This document shows positions 1 through 9,002 of a stretch of DNA of 64,000 nt, one piece after another. The number at the start of each line of letters is the position of its first letter. Position 1 is the stretch's first letter. The position numbers and the translations under genes were made by a program. Source of the stretch: a virus; IMG/VR virus record IMGVR_UViG_3300036861_000632, positions 1 to 64,000 of that record; one strand, 5' to 3'. The notes under the pieces are model-generated. The model made no database searches. It was given only the letters and a program-made list of their open reading frames with translations, and was not told the origin of the DNA.

Positions 1-862
1 TTTGCTGCCGGCGTTGCTCGCGGTTAAAGTCGTCTGCCTTGGCCTTGGCATCGGCTTCCTGCTTGTCCCTTCCAGCAAAGACGGTTGATCCTTTCTCGGC
101 ACGAGCCTGTTCAAGCCGGGCTTTCTCGGCCGCTGCCGCTGCCGCCTGAGATTCCTCATCCGCCTTGCGTACCTTGTTCGCGGCAATGATTTTCTCGTCA
201 TAGCGGCGCATCTGGCCTGCGGCCACTTCGAGATTCTTGGATTCCTGCTCCGCCGTGATCTTGTTCTTGTGCGACTCGCTTTCAGTCAGTCCCTTGATCT
301 GGTTGGAGCGAAACTTGTAATAGTTGGCCCAAGCGTCCAGACGCTTTGCCGGGTCAGATCCGGCCAACTTCAAGTCGGCCGCCAGCAGCTTCTCGGATTC
401 CCGCATCTGTTCGTTGATGGCATTCTTGAGCGCCTTGCGTCCGACAATCTGGGATCGGATGTCGCCTTCGCCTTTCGGTCTGGTTTCAACTTCCCCTGGC
501 GCGACCTCAACCTGCCTTGAAGTTTCAAGGCCAGCCTTCTTGTTGATGAGGACGACACGCTCGGCCTCAATCGTTGGTGCCGCCGACGTGGCGGCCGAAG
601 ACGTGGCCGCTGTCTCGACCGGCGTGCGCCCCGGCTTGGCGGTTGGAACGGGGACCGATCCAAGCTCGCGCCCCTTGGACAACAGCCGGTCGTAATTTCC
701 TTGAGCCTGCCGCAGAAGATCATTGATCGTCCGCAGCCGGTTGATGGCATACGCCAGCCCGTTGTTCTCGCCCTGCAACGGCGCGAGCGGCGCATCGACG
801 AGCAGATTTACGCGCTCGACGTGCGGCGTGCTGCCACCGGACTCTGGAGTTCCTTCAGGCAT
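1..862 (-). CDS. Tape measure protein, N-terminal part (runs off the window)
   Basis: ATG at 862 overlaps the upstream stop (TAATG). Open frame MPEGTPESGG... continues to the window edge and is Ala/Lys/Glu-rich and helical. It directly follows the tail chaperone pair. Confidence 0.7.
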   Translation of the reverse strand, partial: MPEGTPESGGSTPHVERVNLLVDAPLAPLQGENNGLAYAINRLRTINDLLRQAQGNYDRLLSKGRELGSVPVPTAKPGRTPVETAATSSAATSAAPTIEAERVVLINKKAGLETSRQVEVAPGEVETRPKGEGDIRSQIVGRKALKNAINEQMRESEKLLAADLKLAGSDPAKRLDAWANYYKFRSNQIKGLTESESHKNKITAEQESKNLEVAAGQMRRYDEKIIAANKVRKADEESQAAAAAAEKARLEQARAEKGSTVFAGRDKQEADAKAKADDFNREQRRQQ

Positions 863-1149
863 TACAAATTCCGTCTCCGCATTTCCTCATACCGGGCTTC
901 GTTTTCTTCGCCCTTGATTGAACCGCTCATTTTCTCAGTGATGTATGCCTCGCGCTTGTTGTGATACAGGAAATGCGCGATGCACTTCGCTTTGTTCACC
1001 AGACTCTCCGCCTGCCACTCGCCCATCTTGTATCCCCGGAACCGCGCCGCCTCGTCTTCCATGTAACCATCCGGCGGACTGCCCAGCGGCGAGGATTTCG
1101 ACTTCCAGCTTCGGAGCTTCGGCTCCCCCCGCAAAAGCTGGGTCAGGTA
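862..1149 (-). CDS. Tail assembly chaperone GT extension (-1 frame)
   Basis: ORF 862..1134 is in the -1 frame of 1143..1613 and is open from the slippery heptamer A AAT TTT (1155-1149). Confidence 0.7.
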   Translation of the reverse strand, partial: YLTQLLRGEPKLRSWKSKSSPLGSPPDGYMEDEAARFRGYKMGEWQAESLVNKAKCIAHFLYHNKREAYITEKMSGSIKGEENEARYEEMRRRNL

Positions 1150-1613
1150 AAATTTACCAGTTCAGCAATCGTGACACCTCCTTGCCGGATGGCGTTGTAA
1201 AGGATGTTGAGAATCTGGTCGTTCAACTTCGACTGGATGAACGCCACGATCTCCTCGCGCTTTTCCAACCCCGGCTTCTCCGCGCCGAACACGGGCACGC
1301 ACCAGTAGAGCGCGAGCGCCCGCGCGATGATGGCCGCTTGATTCTTTTTCTGGATGAACTCCAGATTGGTAACGTCGGGCCGGTCGTCCTCCATCTGTTT
1401 GCCGCGGATCATCGGCGGCACGATCAGGTCAAGAATCTCCGCGAGCTTTGCGTCCTGTGCCGGAGTGAGTCGCCGCGCTTCCATCTGGAACTTCTTGCCG
1501 TCGTAATCGAATTCGATTTTGAGGTTGCGCTCGCATTCCTTTTGAAGCTGTTCGAGTGACGTGACGACGGTGAGCTTGGGGGGTGCGGCGGGCGGTTTGA
1601 CTGCTTTCGGCAT
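1143..1613 (-). CDS. Tail assembly chaperone (gpG-like)
   Basis: 156 aa, upstream of the tape measure; ends ELVNFT* over an XXXYYYZ slippery site. Confidence 0.7.
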   Translation of the reverse strand: MPKAVKPPAAPPKLTVVTSLEQLQKECERNLKIEFDYDGKKFQMEARRLTPAQDAKLAEILDLIVPPMIRGKQMEDDRPDVTNLEFIQKKNQAAIIARALALYWCVPVFGAEKPGLEKREEIVAFIQSKLNDQILNILYNAIRQGGVTIAELVNFT

Positions 1614-1672
1614 GGGCCGTGTTTATCAGCATTATAGTAGGGCGTCAACCATTGCCCACTACAGGTAGTGGC

Positions 1673-2293
1673 CTACGCGCCAACCAGCACATGCCCTGAG
1701 CCAACGACCTCCGAACCGGAGCCGACAACGATCTGCTCCGTGACCGGGAAATGGAGTTGCATCCGGCAGGACAGGCCGCGCGTCGGGTAATCGCCGCTGG
1801 TAATCCAGCGCGGGGGCCGCGGGCGGATGGCCAGTACCCCGGCGCGGTTCAATGGCATGAGCTTCGGCTTGTTGAGCAGCAGGGAGTAGAGCAGATCGGA
1901 GCCAAGCCGGCAGAGTGATTTTGAGTTCTGCCCGTCATCGCGCTTGGCCTTGACCACGGCCCGGATGATGAACTCCATCCGCAACCAGTTGCGCAGATGC
2001 CGGTGTGATTTGTCAGGCTCGGAGTCTTCCCATACCGGACGGGTCATGTCGTTGTTGGGCAGGACGACGCTGATGCCCAATCCCTCAAGGCCCGTCTTCG
2101 ATTCCATCTCCTGAAACGCGAGTGTGGCGGCGGGGAACCTCACGTCCACGTCTTCCTGCAATTCGTGTGACGAATCGCTGAACCAACCGGCGAGGAATTC
2201 CTGCCAGAGTTTCATCAACGATTCCTCGTAGCCGATGCCGCTCAAACTGAGCGTCGGCAGGATGGCGTTGGATTCAGGGGTCCACATGGTCAT
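1673..2293 (-). CDS. Putative tail completion/terminator protein
   Basis: 206 aa; called from position in the neck/tail module only. Confidence 0.4.
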   Translation of the reverse strand: MTMWTPESNAILPTLSLSGIGYEESLMKLWQEFLAGWFSDSSHELQEDVDVRFPAATLAFQEMESKTGLEGLGISVVLPNNDMTRPVWEDSEPDKSHRHLRNWLRMEFIIRAVVKAKRDDGQNSKSLCRLGSDLLYSLLLNKPKLMPLNRAGVLAIRPRPPRWITSGDYPTRGLSCRMQLHFPVTEQIVVGSGSEVVGSGHVLVGA

Positions 2294-2919
2294 TCCTTGA
2301 AAGCCTGTCTGATCTGGTAGCCGATGGCTTGCGGCATCATTTCGCGGGTGAAGTTCACCCAGGCATAAAGCACCGCCCGGAGCATACGGTCAACCTTGGC
2401 GACGGGCATGTTGACGATGCCGGCGATGTGGGCGAGGCCCGTCGGGTCGAGTGCGCCTCTGCCGGCTTCATCCGTGCGGAACCACAGTTTCGGATCGGCG
2501 GTGAAAGCGGCGATGACGCGAGAAGTGAGCATCTCATAGCCAGAGGTCGCATCGCCTTCGAGCAACTTCTTGTCCTTCGGTTTCAATTCCTTGAAGTTGC
2601 GCACCCAATTCTCCACGGCATCACGATCAATCCGGCGCGCGACCTCTCCCGGTTCAAGATCGAAATGCTCGATGGACGTGCCGCCCATTCCGAACTCCAT
2701 CCCGCCCGCCGTCCGGTTGCCGGTCATGGTCGAGAGGATGCCCGGAATGGCCGCGCGTTCCTCATCCGTATCAGCAATGGATTGCATCGTTAGTTCCGCG
2801 AGGAATCGCAACTGCTCCCGGTAGCGGTCGGGATTTGTGGCGATCTTCACCTTGGCTGGAATCTTCGCCTGCGCCTTTTGCAGCCGACCCATCACGCCGA
2901 TGACGTTGCTGCTAATCAT
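2290..2919 (-). CDS. Putative neck/tail completion protein
   Basis: ATG 2919 (MISSNVIGVMGRLQKAQ) overlaps the upstream stop; positional call. Confidence 0.4.
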   Translation of the reverse strand: MISSNVIGVMGRLQKAQAKIPAKVKIATNPDRYREQLRFLAELTMQSIADTDEERAAIPGILSTMTGNRTAGGMEFGMGGTSIEHFDLEPGEVARRIDRDAVENWVRNFKELKPKDKKLLEGDATSGYEMLTSRVIAAFTADPKLWFRTDEAGRGALDPTGLAHIAGIVNMPVAKVDRMLRAVLYAWVNFTREMMPQAIGYQIRQAFKE

Positions 2920-3479
2920 GGCGAGGGCAAACCGGGGAAGCGCCGAATCAGAATCGACCGCGCGAACTTCGTCTGGCCGAAGATCGAATCCCAGGCCCGC
3001 GCCAATTGCTCGCCGATCTTCGCCTGAACCCATTTGCGGCCGTCGATGACAAAGGCCAGTTGCTCCAGGTCTTCAAGCTCAACCGCTGACGCCGTGGCCG
3101 CCGTGTCGCCGTCCTCAAGCTCGCGATTCACCTCGTTGAACTCAAACTGGCCAAGCACATCGCCAACCTCAAGGTCGGTGTCTCCAACCGCCCTCACGCG
3201 CACGAGGCCGGAGAGGAAATCGAGGATCGCATCGCCCACCTGAATCTCGGCGTACATTCGGGCTTCCGTCCTCGTGGGTTGGGCGGAATGGAACAGTGCC
3301 TTGACGGAGCACGATTTCTGGACGGGTTCGCTGTCGTCGGTCGAAGGCGAGGCGCCCGTGGTTGGATCAACGTCCGGTTTGCCGTCCGGCCATTCGATCC
3401 ATTGCAACGTGATGGGCGTTGGCGCTCCAACCTGAATTGCGAGCGCGTGGGATTCACGGCTGATGGATGCGAGGTTCAT
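2916..3479 (-). CDS. Putative head-closure/stopper protein
   Basis: 187 aa with DPTTG and IDGRKW elements seen in head-tail joining proteins; positional support. Confidence 0.4.
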   Translation of the reverse strand: MNLASISRESHALAIQVGAPTPITLQWIEWPDGKPDVDPTTGASPSTDDSEPVQKSCSVKALFHSAQPTRTEARMYAEIQVGDAILDFLSGLVRVRAVGDTDLEVGDVLGQFEFNEVNRELEDGDTAATASAVELEDLEQLAFVIDGRKWVQAKIGEQLARAWDSIFGQTKFARSILIRRFPGLPSP

Positions 3480-3598
3480 TCCACTTGTCTTCGATGAGCA
3501 GGAGGATCAACATGGCTTCAATCGGTCAGCCACAAATTGCAACAGCCGCAGGCAGCCGGCGATGAACGCGATGAAGATAAGGCTGACCATAAGCGACG

Positions 3599-3871
3599 TC
3601 ACGATTTGTTGTCTGGTGGGCATGATTTGAACGTGATGTTGAAAGTGCGACCGCATTGCGGGCATTGATGTTCGCCGCGCACGCGGAAGATCAAACGGTT
3701 GAACGCGGCGCGATCTTTGGCCGCGCAGACTGGACACAGCGGATTCAGCATGGTGCTGGGATTTGAACAAGGCTCGTCCATAAAGGGCGCGAGCACGGCC
3801 CCCAAGGCACACGCCGCGAGACAGACGAGCGCGAGCAAGACGAGGCCGGCATGGAGGCAGAATCGTTTCAT
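3599..3871 (-). CDS. Small membrane protein with Cys motifs
   Basis: Hydrophobic N-terminus plus CPVC and CPQC. Confidence 0.4.
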   Translation of the reverse strand: MKRFCLHAGLVLLALVCLAACALGAVLAPFMDEPCSNPSTMLNPLCPVCAAKDRAAFNRLIFRVRGEHQCPQCGRTFNITFKSCPPDNKS

Positions 3872-3914
3872 ATTTGGGCATCAACCAGCCACCTTCCGAA
3901 CGCGGTGATGGTTT

Positions 3915-4643
3915 TCACCTTATACCTCTCTGGTTACTCAGAAGCCGGATTTGTTCGCTGTTCAGAGCGTTGTTGTAAATGCGAAGGTCGTCAATGATTC
4001 CCATGAAATGACGGTCTTGGGTTTGAACCCTTTCATCGCCGAGACACACCTTGTTATTGTTGGTATTGACAGCCAAGACGATGGCCTTGTTGGTGCTTGA
4101 GATACCGTTGGTGTAAAGGTAAGCCACTCCGGCATTGTAAATGAAAGCCAGATGAACCCAAGTGTTTGATGGAAGCACCAGAGAATCAACTTCATCATAC
4201 GTGCCACCCGTGTTCATTGCAAAAACAGCCTTGAGAGTTGAACCGTTTCCATCAACCCTGGCCGCCCACCCTTTTTTCCCCCCCGCATTGTCTTCGTTCC
4301 CCAAAATGCCCATCGGGTGATTGAGTGGAGACGTGGGATAAACCCAGACCGCCACACTGAAATTGGTCGAGAAGTTAAAGGCGTTTCCATTCGTCATCAA
4401 ACCGCCCTGATTGGTCCCGTTGAATTGCAGCGCCGATGCAATTTTGCCCGTTTTCCAGGTGGGGGAGTTTGTCAGATTTGCAACGTTCGTTCCTGCATAA
4501 TCTCCAGCCACCGCCCCGCTCCCCTCATTCAGTGTCCACCAGTTGATGAGGTTCGTTCCGTCAACGCGCGCGTCCATGAATCCCATCGGCGCCGCGAAGG
4601 CCGCAAGGCAGCTCAAGATCAAAATGGAAAGGGTGCGCGTCAT
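3915..4643 (-). CDS. Secreted LamG/concanavalin A-like lectin-domain protein
   Basis: Signal peptide MTRTLSILILSCLAAFA; WWTLNEGSG, ALQFNG, FSVAVWV, WVHLAFIY and GIIDDLRIYNNAL match Laminin_G_3. Confidence 0.85.
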   Translation of the reverse strand: MTRTLSILILSCLAAFAAPMGFMDARVDGTNLINWWTLNEGSGAVAGDYAGTNVANLTNSPTWKTGKIASALQFNGTNQGGLMTNGNAFNFSTNFSVAVWVYPTSPLNHPMGILGNEDNAGGKKGWAARVDGNGSTLKAVFAMNTGGTYDEVDSLVLPSNTWVHLAFIYNAGVAYLYTNGISSTNKAIVLAVNTNNNKVCLGDERVQTQDRHFMGIIDDLRIYNNALNSEQIRLLSNQRGIR

Positions 4644-5548
4644 TGGAAATTGAGGACTTCGACCACGGCAACGTTGGTGTTTCCGCGCGGGTCGGCTTTG
4701 AGCGAGAGCACGCTCCAGGCGTTCGCGTTGGTCGTGATGGTGAGTTGCTGCAAGCTGGCAAACTTCCAGAAGTTCGTGTTGTAGGTGACTGACCGTGTGC
4801 CCGTCGTGTCCTGAACGATGTCCAGCATCGCATCCCAGCCCGCCGGCACGTTCGTCGGCTGCACGAGGAAGACGTTGTTCGTGGCGAGAATATAGAACCG
4901 GTTGCCTGTTGCTCCGTTCACCAGATAGTTCGTCGCGCTGGTCGGCGCGAGCGTGGTTTGCAAGAAGTTTACGATCACCGCATTGGTCTGTGCAACCTTG
5001 GCGTCCGCGTTGTTGCTGATCGTCACCGAGTTCGCAATCATGGTCGTCAGCGCCGATACGTTCGTGTTGAACATGTCCAGCCTGACGGCGTGATCGTTGC
5101 TCGATGCGACCGGAGCCGAAAGGAAACCGGAGATCGTCAGGTTCGTTCCCGTGCCGTTGCTCTTGGGAATCTTCCCATCGGCATTGTTGCTGGTTGTTAC
5201 TCCGTTCGCGATGGCCGTCGTGAGCGCCGCCGCGTTCGTGCCAAGCTGATCCATCCGCGCCGCGTGGTCGTTGCTGCTGCCAGCGGGGATGGAATTGAAT
5301 CCAGACACCGTGAGGTTGACCGCCGTAGCATTAGTCGTGTTGAGCTTGAAGCTCGTAGCCGTGGCGAGATCGTTGCTGCCCGCCAGCGTCGTGTAATTGT
5401 TCGTCGCCACTGCACTACCACCAGCGGAAATCTTCACGTCCAGCGCATTGCTGACGCCGTTCACGTAGTCACGAGTTGCGACCACCTTTGAGTCAGCGGC
5501 GAATCCGCGCAGAGCGAGAACCAAGAACAAGATGAGGAATGTTTTCAT
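4640..5548 (-). CDS. Signal-peptide-bearing Asn/Thr-rich fibre-like protein with an internal tandem repeat
   Basis: MKTFLILFLVLALRGFAA signal. NLTVSGF...SNDHAARMD...SNNADGKI is repeated as NLTISGF...SNDHAVRLD...SNNADAKV. C-terminal QDTTGTRSV motif resembles fibre tips. Confidence 0.6.
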   Translation of the reverse strand: MKTFLILFLVLALRGFAADSKVVATRDYVNGVSNALDVKISAGGSAVATNNYTTLAGSNDLATATSFKLNTTNATAVNLTVSGFNSIPAGSSNDHAARMDQLGTNAAALTTAIANGVTTSNNADGKIPKSNGTGTNLTISGFLSAPVASSNDHAVRLDMFNTNVSALTTMIANSVTISNNADAKVAQTNAVIVNFLQTTLAPTSATNYLVNGATGNRFYILATNNVFLVQPTNVPAGWDAMLDIVQDTTGTRSVTYNTNFWKFASLQQLTITTNANAWSVLSLKADPRGNTNVAVVEVLNFQ

Positions 5549-5550
5549 AA

Positions 5551-6807
5551 TCAGGAAGCGGGAATGATGTTCACCCAGCCGGTGTTTGCGATGGTGCCGG
5601 AGCAATTCATCCACACATCGCCGGTAACGGTGTCGCGATACGTCACACCGTCCGCGCGAGTAACGACGCCTTCCGGGGAGCCGGTGCCGCTGGCCGGCAG
5701 ATAGGGCGCGATGGCGTCCGCAACCGCAGCCGCAGCACCAGCTACTTCCGCGCCGATGTCCGCCGCGGCGAGCGCGGTGCCGTTCAAGAAGTAGCCCAAA
5801 GCATCAATCCCGTTATCGCTCATTTGAACCGCTGTGGTATCATTACCTGGATTAAAACTGAGCGTGTTAGCTTGCGACACCAGTTGCCACAATCTGCCCC
5901 CGGCAGTGGCCCGATTGTCCAGCGATAGAACCGCCAGCACGCCATCCGGCGGAACGACGCTGAGTTCCTTCAGATTCGTCAGCGTCTTCCCGTTTCCGTT
6001 TACATCGAATGACCATGTTTGCACGCTGTCCGCCAGCAGCTTCTCGGTCGGGTAGTGCGTGTCGTCCGGCGTGCCTTGGAAGGCCGTGACGCGGTTGGCC
6101 ACATCCTCCGGCGTGAAGCCAAGTGCGGCCTGCTTCGAGTCGGCGTAAGTCTTGACCGCCTTTTGTGTGGCGATGAGCGTGTCACTGTTCGCCGCCAGCG
6201 TCCCGTCGGTGTCAATGTTCTTGCTCGCGGCCGTACCGGCATCGCTGATCGTCGAGAGCGCCTGCGTGCCGGTATGATTCGCGCGCTGAATGGCTGAAGC
6301 CAGCACGGCAGCATCCGCCGCGGCTTGCGCCGTGCTCACCGGCTTGCCCACGTCCGTCGTGTTGTCGCAATTACCCAGTCCCACGTCGGATTTGGTCAAT
6401 GAGAGGTCGGTCTTGAGTTGCGCCGGTGTCCGGTTCGTCCACGCGCCCGCCTTGCGCTGGATCACGTCGTCATTGGATGCTGACAGGGCGGCAATCGCCG
6501 TCAGGTCGGCGTCCACCGGCTGACTCGCCGCCTGCGCCGATGCCGCCGCGCCGGCTGCATCGAAGGCCGAAGTGTTCGCGGTAGCCGCCGTCCCCAATCC
6601 AAGATTCGTCCTCGCCGTGGCGATGTTGTCCAGATCGCTGAGATTATTGGCCGCCAGCAAATCGCCTGAGCCGCCTCCGCCACCAGCAGGAAGATTCTCG
6701 GCAAGGATGTGAGACAGCGTGCCGTTGGCTTTCTCGACCAGCAACACGTCGTCATCCGCCAGCGAGGTGACAGCAGGCGTGAATTGGCTTGGCTTTTTGA
6801 CGTTCAA
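5551..6807 (-). CDS. Tail fibre protein
   Basis: Typical fibre motifs NNLSDL..ARTNLGLG, KSDVGLGNCDNTTD..KPVSTAQ, RANHTGTQ, ATQKAVKTY and GTGSPEGVV. Confidence 0.8.
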   Translation of the reverse strand: MNVKKPSQFTPAVTSLADDDVLLVEKANGTLSHILAENLPAGGGGGSGDLLAANNLSDLDNIATARTNLGLGTAATANTSAFDAAGAAASAQAASQPVDADLTAIAALSASNDDVIQRKAGAWTNRTPAQLKTDLSLTKSDVGLGNCDNTTDVGKPVSTAQAAADAAVLASAIQRANHTGTQALSTISDAGTAASKNIDTDGTLAANSDTLIATQKAVKTYADSKQAALGFTPEDVANRVTAFQGTPDDTHYPTEKLLADSVQTWSFDVNGNGKTLTNLKELSVVPPDGVLAVLSLDNRATAGGRLWQLVSQANTLSFNPGNDTTAVQMSDNGIDALGYFLNGTALAAADIGAEVAGAAAAVADAIAPYLPASGTGSPEGVVTRADGVTYRDTVTGDVWMNCSGTIANTGWVNIIPAS

Positions 6808-7253
6808 GCGAGCGTAGCCTCCTGTATCTCGACCGCCACGAGTCCAGCTTGGCTTATGGAAATCTTGTCGAAGAAAATGAACTGGTCAGTGCCGGCGGGA
6901 ATCGCATCATCTTCAACGGCGGTAGAGACGGCGAAAATGCCATCCTGCGACAGTGCCGCCAGCAATTCGGCCACCCCGCCTTCTTCGCGCATGAATTCCA
7001 ATCGCGGTTGCGGTGCCCAAAATTCGCTCAACTGCTCAACCACGAGCACACCATCTGCATCCACCGACGCGGCCAGTTCGCCGCCGATGACGAAATTGCC
7101 ACCCATGAACGTCACGTCCAACTCCGCGGCAAAGGCCGTGGCGGTGAAGACGTGCGTATCCCGGTCGTAATCGAACACGCGCCGCCGCCCCGTCGAATCC
7201 ACGTAGTCAACGTAGAAGGTCGCCGGCAACGGTGCTGGCTTGATGCAGGTCAT
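6804..7253 (-). CDS. Virion-module hypothetical protein
   Basis: 149 aa, ATGA-coupled within the structural operon. Confidence 0.5.
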   Translation of the reverse strand: MTCIKPAPLPATFYVDYVDSTGRRRVFDYDRDTHVFTATAFAAELDVTFMGGNFVIGGELAASVDADGVLVVEQLSEFWAPQPRLEFMREEGGVAELLAALSQDGIFAVSTAVEDDAIPAGTDQFIFFDKISISQAGLVAVEIQEATLA

Positions 7254-7705
7254 TCGGGTTCCCCCCAGCCGGAGTCTTCCACCATATACTGCGCCTCGAA
7301 CGCCCGGTCGCCCAGGAACTCCATCATATCCCGGCTGTTCAGATTCAGGCTGTCATGCGTGACGCCGTGGTAGGTCCGGCGAACCCAGCGACGCGGATCG
7401 GCTTCCTCGCGGAACGTAATGACCATCGTGTAAAGCTGGTTGCGCTGGGGCACGAACGTCAGCGCCGCGCCCGTGGGCGTCTCCGGGTGCTCCACCATCC
7501 AGACCGAGCCGAGTTCGATGATGTGCGTCTCGCCGACGTGATGCGGGATGGGATAACGCGCGCCCGACGGCCGGCTCATGCGCTTCTCCAAAGCCGTTGA
7601 CATGCGGATCGTCTCGGCACAGTGATTGTGCCAGACCTCGATCTCGCCCGCGAACAGGCAGATTGTGCCTTCCTCAACGACATGGACAGTTTCAATGGTC
7701 ATCAC
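7250..7705 (-). CDS. Putative tail tube-like protein
   Basis: 151 aa, beta-rich; positional call. Confidence 0.35.
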   Translation of the reverse strand: MMTIETVHVVEEGTICLFAGEIEVWHNHCAETIRMSTALEKRMSRPSGARYPIPHHVGETHIIELGSVWMVEHPETPTGAALTFVPQRNQLYTMVITFREEADPRRWVRRTYHGVTHDSLNLNSRDMMEFLGDRAFEAQYMVEDSGWGEPE

Positions 7706-8070
7706 ACGCCTATCATTTCGCCGCTTTCGAGCCGGTAAGCCTCCGCCAGCACGTCATGGATCAAATCGCCCGGAGATCCAAAGCTGGCGGACAAAGCCCG
7801 CGTGCCGATGGATCGGCGGGTCATTGGTGTCACCAGCCGCTTCGCCGCCTGAAAGACGATCATCCCGTACTCCGCCGTGTTCGCCGCGGCGAGCGCCGGT
7901 TCGATCTCCGTCTCGTCATCGTTCAGGGCAAACCCCTCGATGCGCCCCAGCTTGAACGGCAGCCGCAAGACTTCGTTGAGCTTGTCATCGCGGAACAGCG
8001 GGATGTCGGGATCATCGTCGGCGACGATGGCCCGGAGCATTGAATGAAAAGTTGTGAGCGCGGTGCCCAT
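7702..8070 (-). CDS. Putative head-tail adaptor
   Basis: ATG 8070; LRAIVADDD...FRDDKL pattern of adaptor proteins. Confidence 0.5.
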   Translation of the reverse strand: MGTALTTFHSMLRAIVADDDPDIPLFRDDKLNEVLRLPFKLGRIEGFALNDDETEIEPALAAANTAEYGMIVFQAAKRLVTPMTRRSIGTRALSASFGSPGDLIHDVLAEAYRLESGEMIGV

Positions 8071-8071
8071 A

Positions 8072-8118
8072 CAAAAAACCGAGGCGGCCAACGCTTTGAG
8101 ACGTGGCCGCCTGTTCGG
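8072..8118 (-). terminator. Rho-independent terminator
   Basis: Stem AGGCGGCCA (8082-8090) / TGGCCGCCT (8104-8112), followed by T6 on the minus strand (8078-8073), downstream of 8151..8978. Confidence 0.65.
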
Positions 8119-8150
8119 AATTAACCGCACAAGGCGGCAAGACACGAAAG

Positions 8151-8978
8151 TTACGGCGCCGGCAACACGGCGAATTGCGAATACATGCCGGACGCGGAAG
8201 CCTTGCTCTCGCCTTCGCCTTCGGGGTGATCCTGGTCGAGCGTCGGCGTCCAGTCGATGCAGAACTCGCGGCTGCGCACCAGTTCATCCTCGGCGTTATC
8301 GACGATCATCGCCACGACGTTCTGGCCGGCGATGGAGTTCAAGCCCTCATCCGGGCCGAAGTCCAGCGATTCGACCGTCAGTTCCGGCACGACGGTTTCA
8401 CCGGGCTTGACCCACCGGGCCGTCTTGAGGCCGCAACGGATCGGCTTGGATTTGCGCGACGGCAGCTTGTTCTTCTTCGTGTTCGTGCAGCCGACGTGAT
8501 CGAAGTCCGCGAGCACGGGCATTTCCCACAGGGCAATGCGGCAACCGCGCTTGGCGTTCGTGATGGTGGCCACGCCGGTCGAAGTGGGGGCGACATACGT
8601 GCCGGTCAACTCGACGGCCCGGCCGGAACCGAAGTTCGCCCGCAACGGCGTCTTGGACCACGCGGGACGCTGGAACGTGCCGGACAAGCCGGCGAAGTTC
8701 ACCACGGCATAGGCTTCGTCATCCGCGCGAATCTTGTTGTCCACCACGGCGATGATCGGGCCGACTGGAGCACTGGTCGGCAGGGCCACGAACGTCCACT
8801 CAACGATGTCGGCGTCGGGCGTGCCCGTGGCATCCTCCATCAACGTCGTGTAACCCAGCAACCGCGCCGGGACGAGTGACGCATACACATCGCGCTCTCC
8901 GCCCAGGGCCGGCTTTTGGATGATCGGATAATCCTCCGATTCAATCGCGACCGGCGTAAGATTGGTTTCAACAGCCAT
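8151..8978 (-). CDS. Major tail/structural protein
   Basis: 275 aa directly after the capsid gene and followed by a terminator. Confidence 0.45.
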   Translation of the reverse strand: MAVETNLTPVAIESEDYPIIQKPALGGERDVYASLVPARLLGYTTLMEDATGTPDADIVEWTFVALPTSAPVGPIIAVVDNKIRADDEAYAVVNFAGLSGTFQRPAWSKTPLRANFGSGRAVELTGTYVAPTSTGVATITNAKRGCRIALWEMPVLADFDHVGCTNTKKNKLPSRKSKPIRCGLKTARWVKPGETVVPELTVESLDFGPDEGLNSIAGQNVVAMIVDNAEDELVRSREFCIDWTPTLDQDHPEGEGESKASASGMYSQFAVLPAP

Positions 8979-9002
8979 AGTTTTGTGGGTTGAGGTTCGA
9001 GA

